From positions 1 through 64,000 of IMG/VR virus record IMGVR_UViG_3300005937_000004: a stretch of DNA of 64,000 bases; one strand, given 5' to 3'. Shown in pieces: positions 47,755-55,280 of this stretch. Below the pieces are notes generated by a model that saw nothing but the letters and a program-made list of their open reading frames with translations, did not search any database and was not told the DNA's origin. The stretch's first letter is position 1; every line of letters starts with the position of its first letter. The position numbers and the translations under genes were made by a program. This DNA comes from a virus (lineage: Duplodnaviria; Caudoviricetes).

Positions 47755-48090
47755 ATGCCTACAGCACACAAGGAAACCAAACACACGGTCGCTGGTCCGG
47801 ACCCAGTTCCGGAATACCGACATGAAGCGGAAAGAAAAGCCCGTGAAGAAGCAGAAGAAGCAAGCGAAAAAGCCAAAAAAGAAGGTCCACCAAAGCCTCA
47901 AGCGCAAATCGACGCGGAGCTCGCAGAAAAAGGTGGCGACGTCCCAGAAGAAAGGCAAGGTGTCCCAACCGAAGCCAGACGCTGGACAGCCGTGGAACGA
48001 GAACGCGAGGAGCGCGCTGATTACGAAAAGTTTAAAGCGGAGTACGCTGCTGAGTGGAACAAGCGACACGCCGCCAAAGCTTCCAAGTGA
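47755..48090 (+). CDS. Small charged protein inside the array
   Basis: ATG 47755 with a GGAGG RBS, 15 nt after TTGACA (47734). Confidence 0.65.
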   Translation: MPTAHKETKHTVAGPDPVPEYRHEAERKAREEAEEASEKAKKEGPPKPQAQIDAELAEKGGDVPEERQGVPTEARRWTAVEREREERADYEKFKAEYAAEWNKRHAAKASK

Positions 48091-48100
48091 GGATGGGGGT

Positions 48101-48134
48101 GGAGAGCGTCCCTTTGTATAGAAGGACGCCCTCC
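48101..48134. terminator. Hairpin between the converging plus ORF and minus array A
   Basis: GGAGAGCGTCC-12 nt-GGACGCCCTCC, 10 of 11 bp paired. Confidence 0.45.
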
Positions 48135-48139
48135 GTTTA

Positions 48140-48343
48140 GCGTGTCATGGCATGCCGTTTCTTGCCCCGGTAGCCCCGGTGCAACTCGGCTCGCCTGCCG
48201 GACCTTGCCGACCCGTGGTGTACCATGGTGGACCAAGTTCCACCCCATCTATATCGACAAATCCATGCCTGCCCCGCTGTAGCAGGTCCCAGGGTACCGT
48301 GAACCGATAACCCTCATTTCGCCACGCCTGCCGAACTCTGCCG
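48140..48343 (-). repeat. VIPR-like guide array, sub-array A (3 units), directly after the partner gene stop
   Basis: GCCTGCC at 48193, 48267, 48326; spacings 74 and 59 (5n+4). Confidence 0.8.
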
Positions 48344-48811
48344 TTAGTTGTCGGTTAGCACTAATTTGAGTTCTTTCTGGAATTTCTTAGAAGCAGCAAA
48401 GACCTCGGATAATTCACCGAGATTTTTATATTTCTTTTCAAATTCCAAAAGTTCTGCCCTTGCATCAGCCAGGAGTTGCATGCGCAAAGATTTGTTGCTC
48501 ATCACGTCTACCATCGCCCTGTAGCCGCCACCGGCAGTGCGGTCTGGCCTTAAGGAGGTGAAAACGCGAATTGCTCTGCGGTCTCCATTCATCCGGACGT
48601 ATTTAACAACGCACCGAACGAGATGGCCTGCTTGGATTAAGCGGTATTCAGCTGCCGCCTCTGAATCATCCCACTCAAAGTATTTGTGTAGGATGCTACT
48701 CTTTGGTCGAGCTGCTTGGACCACTGCCTCCGCTCGGAGGATTCCCTCCGGGTCCTGATCCCTGATCCGGTTGAGTTCCCGGATCACCATCGGATTGCTT
48801 ATGTCGTACAT
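48344..48811 (-). CDS. Conserved partner protein of the RAMP-like gene
   Basis: LHKYFEWDDSEAAAEYRLIQA...ARAELLEFEKKY; start re-called at MYDISNP. Confidence 0.75.
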   Translation of the reverse strand: MYDISNPMVIRELNRIRDQDPEGILRAEAVVQAARPKSSILHKYFEWDDSEAAAEYRLIQAGHLVRCVVKYVRMNGDRRAIRVFTSLRPDRTAGGGYRAMVDVMSNKSLRMQLLADARAELLEFEKKYKNLGELSEVFAASKKFQKELKLVLTDN

Positions 48812-49019
48812 CGGCTTTTTTCCTCTCCCACATACCGACTTTCGCTCCCTTTTTCTGTGAGATCTCATTGGCTATATCACGAACATTGTCCATGATTCTG
48901 GCTGCAACACTGATCTCTTCAGGCGAAGGGTTCTTGCTATAGACCCTGGCCTCCACCCTGCCGGAGACCTGGCCTTCATCAGCCGGTTGTTCTCGGATTT
49001 GAATGAGGATGTCGATCAC
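48696..49019 (-). CDS. Possible small protein between the RAMP-like gene and its partner
   Basis: GTG overlaps the RAMP-gene stop (GTGA); the 3' end overlaps the partner gene. Confidence 0.4.
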   Translation of the reverse strand: MIDILIQIREQPADEGQVSGRVEARVYSKNPSPEEISVAARIMDNVRDIANEISQKKGAKVGMWERKKADVRHKQSDGDPGTQPDQGSGPGGNPPSGGSGPSSSTKE

Positions 49020-49708
49020 TTTTGCTCGACCTCGAATAGGCCCCAGCCTTGACCGGGACTGTTTCGAGAATCGGGTCGACCTTCGCAGATTCCGACCTGT
49101 AATCCAACTCGCATCAACAGGTTGGTGACGTCTTTCAACTGGAACTGATCTGCGTCCCAGCGGATCTTGACGTTCGCTTCCCATGGCATGTACTTGGCTC
49201 GAATAGCCACATACGGTTGCCCTGTTTCAACCCGAGCGATCGACTTGAGAAGTTCTGGTTTCCCATGAAGCCGGATCAATGGGATGGTCGGTTCTGTCCC
49301 GTCCCAGCCGTCCTGCACGACGAAGATGGAAAGTTTGGCTAACGTCATCTTGAAGTTGACCAACCTGCAGGCCGAAATGCAGGCATTGCGAATAGAGCCA
49401 GCATGAAATCCATCCCAACCCTGCGGTGAAATGTAACGAGCCTGTATGAAAGACTCGTTAATGTCCTGCGGTTCTCGCTTCTTCTTTGAAGACGCCGATT
49501 TTCCTTCCATCTGCTTGGCTAACATTTCGTCAGCCACCTTTTTGCTGAACCGGTGTATTACCAGAGGTACACCAGATAGACCGCTGATCTTGAATACCGC
49601 CGTCTGGAAGTTTGGCGGTGTGATAGTGACCGTCATTCGACGTTCACCGTCCAGTGACGGCTTTTTAGTCATCCGTCGAGACTTTGCTGTTAGGGTTGAT
49701 GTTGCCAT
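49016..49708 (-). CDS. RAMP/Cas7-like protein (Vipr-like effector)
   Basis: FKISGLSGVPLVIHRF, GWDGFHAGSIRNACISAC and a C-terminal Gly-rich loop VGLQVGICEGRP...GQGWGLFEV; adjacent pentamer arrays; no cas1/cas2 or CRISPR repeats. Confidence 0.75.
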   Translation of the reverse strand: MATSTLTAKSRRMTKKPSLDGERRMTVTITPPNFQTAVFKISGLSGVPLVIHRFSKKVADEMLAKQMEGKSASSKKKREPQDINESFIQARYISPQGWDGFHAGSIRNACISACRLVNFKMTLAKLSIFVVQDGWDGTEPTIPLIRLHGKPELLKSIARVETGQPYVAIRAKYMPWEANVKIRWDADQFQLKDVTNLLMRVGLQVGICEGRPDSRNSPGQGWGLFEVEQK

Positions 49709-49801
49709 CAGTTTTCCTTTCTGTTACTTGCCTTCTTTTGGTTTATTGACATCGGAACGTGAAGGCGTCCGATCCGAAATTCCGAACTGAACTTAAAAGG
49801 T

Positions 49802-50380
49802 ATGTTGTCGCAGGCTGCTATAGCCCGTGAGTGGGGTGTGTCCCGAGCTTACGTTAATCAGCTGGTAAAGCGTGGTTTACCGCTTGACTCTTTTGAGAAT
49901 GCCAGGCTATGGCGCGATGCTCATGCTCGGAAGCGCGCCCCCACTGACCCAGTGCAATTAGCTCACCTTGAGGAAGCCGATAGACCTCAAAGTTCGACCG
50001 AACCAATGCCAGCAGGAGACGCGCTTCAGAACGCGAACCGCGCAGCTCAGGAAGCTTACAGACTGTTAAGCGAAGCGATGATAGAAGGTAAGACCAGCAA
50101 AATCTCAATCCTTCTGTCGGTGCATTCCAAAGCCCTGGAAGCAAAATGCCGGATTCAGACGATGATCCGGGAAGAGGAGGAGAGGCGCAACATCCTGATC
50201 CCACTGGCCAAAGCCCAGGAGATTACGAGACAAGCGTTTGAGGTCATTATCAAACGCTTAATCGCGCTGCCGCAGAATATTGCGCCTCGGTGCAATCCTC
50301 ATGATCCAACCCACGCATTGGGAATCTTGGAAGACGAATGTCGCGGGATAATCAGCGCAGCCCAGAAAGCGATCGCATGA
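49802..50380 (+). CDS. terS: Terminase small subunit (Nu1-like)
   Basis: N-terminal HTH SQAAIAREWGVSRAYVNQLVKRGLP; coupled to the large subunit. Confidence 0.8.
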   Translation: MLSQAAIAREWGVSRAYVNQLVKRGLPLDSFENARLWRDAHARKRAPTDPVQLAHLEEADRPQSSTEPMPAGDALQNANRAAQEAYRLLSEAMIEGKTSKISILLSVHSKALEAKCRIQTMIREEEERRNILIPLAKAQEITRQAFEVIIKRLIALPQNIAPRCNPHDPTHALGILEDECRGIISAAQKAIA

Positions 50381-52215
50381 GTCCTATCGACGATTACCGC
50401 GCTTTTGTTTCTGGGTTGCTCGCACCGCCACGGAAAATATCGGTGGTCGAATGGTGCGAAGAAAATGTAAGCGTTCCAACTGGGGCAGTTCAAGGTCAAC
50501 TTTCGATGCGAATGGCACCATATGGGCGTGAGATTCTTGAGCGCTTTGGGGACCGAAAAACCCGGTCTTTGACCTTATGCTTTGCTTCACAGTCGAGTAA
50601 GACGACCTTGATAATCTTGGGGATGTTGTATCGTCTTTGTAATAATCCCCAGGACGCGATGTGGGTGATGCCGAATCGGGAGTTGGCGAATTCATTTTCG
50701 AAGAGTCGCTGGATGAAGTTTATAACCGAATGTCCGCCGGTTAACGCGCTATTGCCGAGAACCAGCCGGAACGAGATCGATCGTCATATGTTTGCTTTTA
50801 TGGAGCAACATTTTCTGACGATGTTTCTGAAATTTGTGGGATCGAACTCACCGGCAAACTTGGCTTCGTTCCCTTGTGGAACATTGGTGATGGACGAGAC
50901 CGATAAGTACGGAGAACAAACAAAATACGAGGCCGCTGCTTTGGATCTTGCCGAGGAGAGAACGAAAACTTTCCCGTTTTCTTTGATTGTGAAAGCTTCG
51001 ACGCCAACCATGGCGGCAAGAATGATTTGGCCTGCTTTTGAGGCGAGCGATCAGAGGAGATATTGGGTTCCATGTCCAAGATGTGGTAAGGATATTTTGT
51101 TGAATTTTCGGCACACCAGTGAAACGCATGGGGATTGCGGTTTACGCTGGTGGCATGAGAATGAAAGCGAAGTAAAAACTGATGGGGAATGGGATCTCAA
51201 GAAGATTCGCGCAACCGCTTATTACAAATGCCAGGAATGCGGCGGCGCGATCCATGAATGGGAGCGACCCCGGATGTTGGAGGCCGGTGTTTGGAAGCCT
51301 TCCAACGACAAAGTCGACGAAGGAATTTATGGTTACCATCTTTCCAGTCTTTATTCCATCCTGTCGGACAAAACTTCTTTCGGTTCGATCGCGGTAAAAT
51401 GGATCGAATCGAAAAACTTTTTAAGTGGCAGGCAGAATTTCATCAATAGTTGGCTGGCTGAGACCTGGGACGCTGAAAGAGCGTTCGACCAGGCCGACGT
51501 CAAGACTGAGACAATTGACCTTAAATCGCTTCCTGAGAAGACGACCGCTATCATGTTCGCGGACGTTCAAGAAAATGGGTTCTGGGTGGTAATACGGCGC
51601 TTTATGCCGCCTTCTAAGGAACGACCGTATGGCGAAAGCTGGCTTCTTTACGCGGATTTTGTCGGGACGGAAGATGAGCTTGAATCTCTTTCCAAAGAAT
51701 ACGAGGTTGCGACCCAGAATGTTTTGCTCGACATGGCCCATCGCCCCAATCAAGTGGGACGAATGTGTATCGAACACAACTGGCGAGGGTTATGGGGAAG
51801 CGACACCAAGAGTTTCTACCACCGTCAAGCATCCGGTGTTCGGATTGAGCGCATTTATAGCGCTGTTCAACTGCGAGATCCGCACTTGGGTACGCATCTG
51901 GCCAATCGAACGTTTCAACGCGCCAAATACGTCAAGTATTCAAAGGAAGCTGCCCTCGACCTGGTATCCAGTCTCCGCTATTCGACTCCCACCATCTGGC
52001 ACGTCAGCGCCAACGTCTCAACCCGATACCAGCGGCAACTCAACTCAAAGGTTAAAGTGATGCAGCAATCCAAAAAGACTGGGCGGTTCGAAAGTTTCTG
52101 GAAAGATCTGCACTCTGAAGATCATTTGTTAGACGCCGAATGCGGTGTAGCGATCCAGGCTGTGATCCTCGGCCTGGTCGCTGTGCCGCAAGAGAAAATT
52201 GACATTGCGGCATGA
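50377..52215 (+). CDS. terL: Terminase large subunit, lambda GpA family
   Basis: FASQSSKT, SNSPANLAS, MDETDKY, ERTKTF, STPT, YWVPCPRCG, ADVQ and DHLLDAE motifs; start re-called at ATG 50377. Confidence 0.92.
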   Translation: MSPIDDYRAFVSGLLAPPRKISVVEWCEENVSVPTGAVQGQLSMRMAPYGREILERFGDRKTRSLTLCFASQSSKTTLIILGMLYRLCNNPQDAMWVMPNRELANSFSKSRWMKFITECPPVNALLPRTSRNEIDRHMFAFMEQHFLTMFLKFVGSNSPANLASFPCGTLVMDETDKYGEQTKYEAAALDLAEERTKTFPFSLIVKASTPTMAARMIWPAFEASDQRRYWVPCPRCGKDILLNFRHTSETHGDCGLRWWHENESEVKTDGEWDLKKIRATAYYKCQECGGAIHEWERPRMLEAGVWKPSNDKVDEGIYGYHLSSLYSILSDKTSFGSIAVKWIESKNFLSGRQNFINSWLAETWDAERAFDQADVKTETIDLKSLPEKTTAIMFADVQENGFWVVIRRFMPPSKERPYGESWLLYADFVGTEDELESLSKEYEVATQNVLLDMAHRPNQVGRMCIEHNWRGLWGSDTKSFYHRQASGVRIERIYSAVQLRDPHLGTHLANRTFQRAKYVKYSKEAALDLVSSLRYSTPTIWHVSANVSTRYQRQLNSKVKVMQQSKKTGRFESFWKDLHSEDHLLDAECGVAIQAVILGLVAVPQEKIDIAA

Positions 52216-52234
52216 ATAAATCCGATCCGAACCT

Positions 52235-52792
52235 ATGCTTACAGCCCCGAAAGACCGCGAGCGGGTGCTTGCTGACCAGCTTAAGAATTTCCTGCGCACA
52301 ATCGTTGCGGCTATTGCCCGAAGTACACCAACACCTGAGATCCTGCATTACCCGAACGACGCGCTCATTGAGTTCGCAGTGGACCCCAAGGATCAAGGGC
52401 GCTTTATAGGAAAACATGGCACAACAATCTGGGCAATTCAGACTCTATTTTGGTTTGCTGGCTTGGCTCAATTCGGGTACAGCTATTCGATTAAGCTCAC
52501 CTGTACGCCCATTGAGCAACGGCCATCAATGCCAATCAAATTCAGTCCCCTGTGGCCCCGCAAAACCATCAACAATCTGATCAGTGAGATCATAGCCGCC
52601 TGTGTGCCGGAGCATGCGGACTACTCAGTTGACGAAAACGGCGAAACGAAGGCGCTGGTTACTCTCACTCTGCCAAAGTATCTGGAACTGCAGCTTAGCG
52701 ATCCTTCTTTCCCCGAGGCTTTTGCTACCGTGGTACGCACTGCTGGCATCAGCAACGGAGTGTCGCTGAGAACGGAGACACATTTTGCCTGA
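52235..52792 (+). CDS. KH-domain (KhpA-like) RNA-binding protein
   Basis: EFAVDPKDQGRFIGKHGTTIWAIQTL carries the type II KH GxxG loop. Confidence 0.7.
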   Translation: MLTAPKDRERVLADQLKNFLRTIVAAIARSTPTPEILHYPNDALIEFAVDPKDQGRFIGKHGTTIWAIQTLFWFAGLAQFGYSYSIKLTCTPIEQRPSMPIKFSPLWPRKTINNLISEIIAACVPEHADYSVDENGETKALVTLTLPKYLELQLSDPSFPEAFATVVRTAGISNGVSLRTETHFA

Positions 52793-53138
52793 CATCAAAG
52801 AAAGGACAGTCAATGAATCATTCAAGATCATCCGCCAGGGCCGAGGGAGCTACCTATGCTACAGTGGGACTCATACCTCCATTGTGTATGCAGTTGACCT
52901 TGAAGCCCATGACGGCCTCGGCCACTGCGAATGCGACGACTTCAACTACCGGCGATATCCACAGTGGAAACGAGTGCGCGCTAAGTACGATTTCCTCAGA
53001 TGCAAACATCTCCGAGCAGTCCGAAACCACGTCCTCGACCAAATCATCGAGTACATGAGCAAGCACAAGGATGTTCCGGTTAAAAATCCCCGACGGAATC
53101 GATCGACCCGTACCAGTTTACCAGGGTCGACCACTTGA
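52785..53138 (+). CDS. SWIM-type zinc finger protein
   Basis: YAVDL..GHCECDDF...RCKHLRAV. Confidence 0.7.
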   Translation: MPDIKERTVNESFKIIRQGRGSYLCYSGTHTSIVYAVDLEAHDGLGHCECDDFNYRRYPQWKRVRAKYDFLRCKHLRAVRNHVLDQIIEYMSKHKDVPVKNPRRNRSTRTSLPGSTT

Positions 53139-54189
53139 AGCTGGAAAAGAGTATCTCTGTACCAACAGATTTGTTGGCCAATTACTCTTAAGCCAATACC
53201 GAACAAAAATCAGAGGTCGAAGTTACCCGATTCGGACTCTACTCAAGGTCCAGAGCTGGAGAGCAATGAAGCCATTGCTTCTTCCCAACACGGATTGGAA
53301 TAATCGCGATCTGTGGTTGTGCCGGGGAGGAGGGTGGGGCGATTTACTAGCCATGACACCATTGGTTCAAGAGATTTTGGGGCGATGGCCCAACTGCCGA
53401 CTGCATATTGCCTGTGGTTCATCGAATCACGACTTGTTCCACGGGCTCAACGTCACTTGCGAATTGATCCCGGTGCCGTTCCAGCCGCATCTGATGGTGG
53501 TCGACTTCGAAGAGCTGGTTGAAGGTGATCCAGCGGCTGAAAAATCGCATTTAATAGACCTATTTGCCGATCGAGCTGGCATACAAATCACTAACAGGAA
53601 GATTCATTACGAAGTTCGCCTGGAAGAATTCAACGAAGCTGTTCTACGCTATCCCAAGGGGAGTAAACCACGGATCGGCGTCCAGTTCATGGCCTCAGCT
53701 CTCTACAGGACCTACCCAAACATGCAGTTTGTGATTAAAGAGCTGGCCAAAGAGAATGAGATTCTCGTTTTTGGCACTCCAGGTCAGGTAGAATTCAAAC
53801 CACATCCCAATGTTCACAATCTGATGGCTGACAAATTGTCTTTCCGACAGAGTGCTGCTGTATTATCGACTTGTGATGTCTGTGTCGCTCCAGATTCAGC
53901 GTTGGTACATCTATGTGCCGCCCTGGATGTGCCCTGCGTTGCATTATACGGTCCAATACCGAGTTCCCTGAGGGTTTCCGGGGATAAGACCCACGGGATC
54001 GACGGGACAGCGCCCTGCGCGCCTTGTTTCTTTCATGCTGATCGGTCTACCGATTTCCCAACCGGTAAGCCGTGTGCGAAAGAATACAAATGCATCGCAC
54101 TGGACGCCATTCCCGTCGAAACTGTCGTGAATAAGGTCAAGCAGCTTATCGCTCAGGGAACAACTCCTTGTGAGCGCGCACCACGATAG
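53071..54189 (+). CDS. Glycosyltransferase family 9 (heptosyltransferase-like)
   Basis: RGGGWGDLLAMTP; CVAPDSALVHLCAALDVPCVALYGP. Confidence 0.85.
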   Translation: MFRLKIPDGIDRPVPVYQGRPLEAGKEYLCTNRFVGQLLLSQYRTKIRGRSYPIRTLLKVQSWRAMKPLLLPNTDWNNRDLWLCRGGGWGDLLAMTPLVQEILGRWPNCRLHIACGSSNHDLFHGLNVTCELIPVPFQPHLMVVDFEELVEGDPAAEKSHLIDLFADRAGIQITNRKIHYEVRLEEFNEAVLRYPKGSKPRIGVQFMASALYRTYPNMQFVIKELAKENEILVFGTPGQVEFKPHPNVHNLMADKLSFRQSAAVLSTCDVCVAPDSALVHLCAALDVPCVALYGPIPSSLRVSGDKTHGIDGTAPCAPCFFHADRSTDFPTGKPCAKEYKCIALDAIPVETVVNKVKQLIAQGTTPCERAPR

Positions 54190-55280
54190 CGCACTGTTCT
54201 CGATATCTGAAATCCGAGCCCTTCTCAGGATTGCTGGCATCGGATTGCACGAATTTGTCGAGTGCTTTCGCGTTCAGCTGACTAAAGAGCGCCAAAAGCT
54301 GGCCTGCTACGAAGATGGCCATGTTCTGGGCTCGCTGTTCTTCATCTGTTAGTTTAATTTGTTTTGTTTCGCTCATTTTCCTTTGTTTGTAACCAGAGAT
54401 CGATTGATTTACCTGTTATTTCTCCTCCTGGATGAACCAGGCGAGAAATAAACTCCCATTTGAAGTCCTGGTGCAACGCAACGGCTCTGTCCTTGTCATT
54501 AATGTGTTCAAGGAGTATAGCCAGAGCCAATTGCGCTGGACCGGACCCACCGTACCCGAAATTGAAGCCGTCTGGGCTATGATTCCAAACCTTTTGACTT
54601 CGGGTAGGCGTTACTTCGCGTTTATGCTTTCTTCTGCGAAGAGTGTCCTCTACGAACAGGTGAACTGGCAGTAGATCGTTCTCTTCGCCTTCTTTTGTTA
54701 TGATGTATTTTACCATCGTTGTTTACTCTCATCATTATGAAGTTGGCTTTGGATAATTCCAGAAGCTGTGTGTACGCAGCCCGGTTGATCCGGATTGCAC
54801 TGAGCTCTCTGTATTCTCGGCCTTCTCCCCGATACACTTTACCGAACACACGCTTCTCTGGGTCTAGTTTGTGGTAACAACCCAATTCATAGCGAGTGCT
54901 GTGTGGCCCATTCCTTCTTGCCTGGATAAAGAATAGAACCGGATTACCTCGACGCATTATCTGCGGAAACAGGTAGTGTTTCATTTGAGCAAGAGTCTTT
55001 CCAGGTGCTTGAGCTGCACGTTGTCGGACAGTTCTTCGCACTTGTTCTGCACATGTTTCCCGATTGGGTTCAAGGCATCGCGGTAATCGATTTTCTTCAC
55101 GTTACCCCATTTTTGAGCCTGATAGATCTGGTATTCAGTGACTCCGCATGACGCTTTGATGGCCTTATTGGAAAGACCACACATCGCCATACGACAGATG
55201 AGCATGCGGGTCCCATCGCTGAGACCCGCCCTGCGCACCTTAGCCACTGCCGACTTGCGAATGGCTAAGCTCTTTTTCAT
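54146..55280 (-). other. Four small ORFs, including DUF6166-like 54354-54716
   Basis: NHSPDGFNFGYGGSGPAQLALAIL in 54354-54716; others 54146-54376, 54622-~54984, 54981-55280. Confidence 0.6.

Noticed and set aside
45135-48343. Calling the arrays a CRISPR array
   Set aside because: The constant part is only 7 nt, the intervening sequence is itself periodic, and there is no cas1/cas2 or 25-40 nt direct repeat.
52199-52212. TTGACA at the end of terL as another member of the 14-15 nt motif
   Set aside because: Distances to the next ATGs are 7 and 30 nt; it simply encodes Ile-Asp-Ile.
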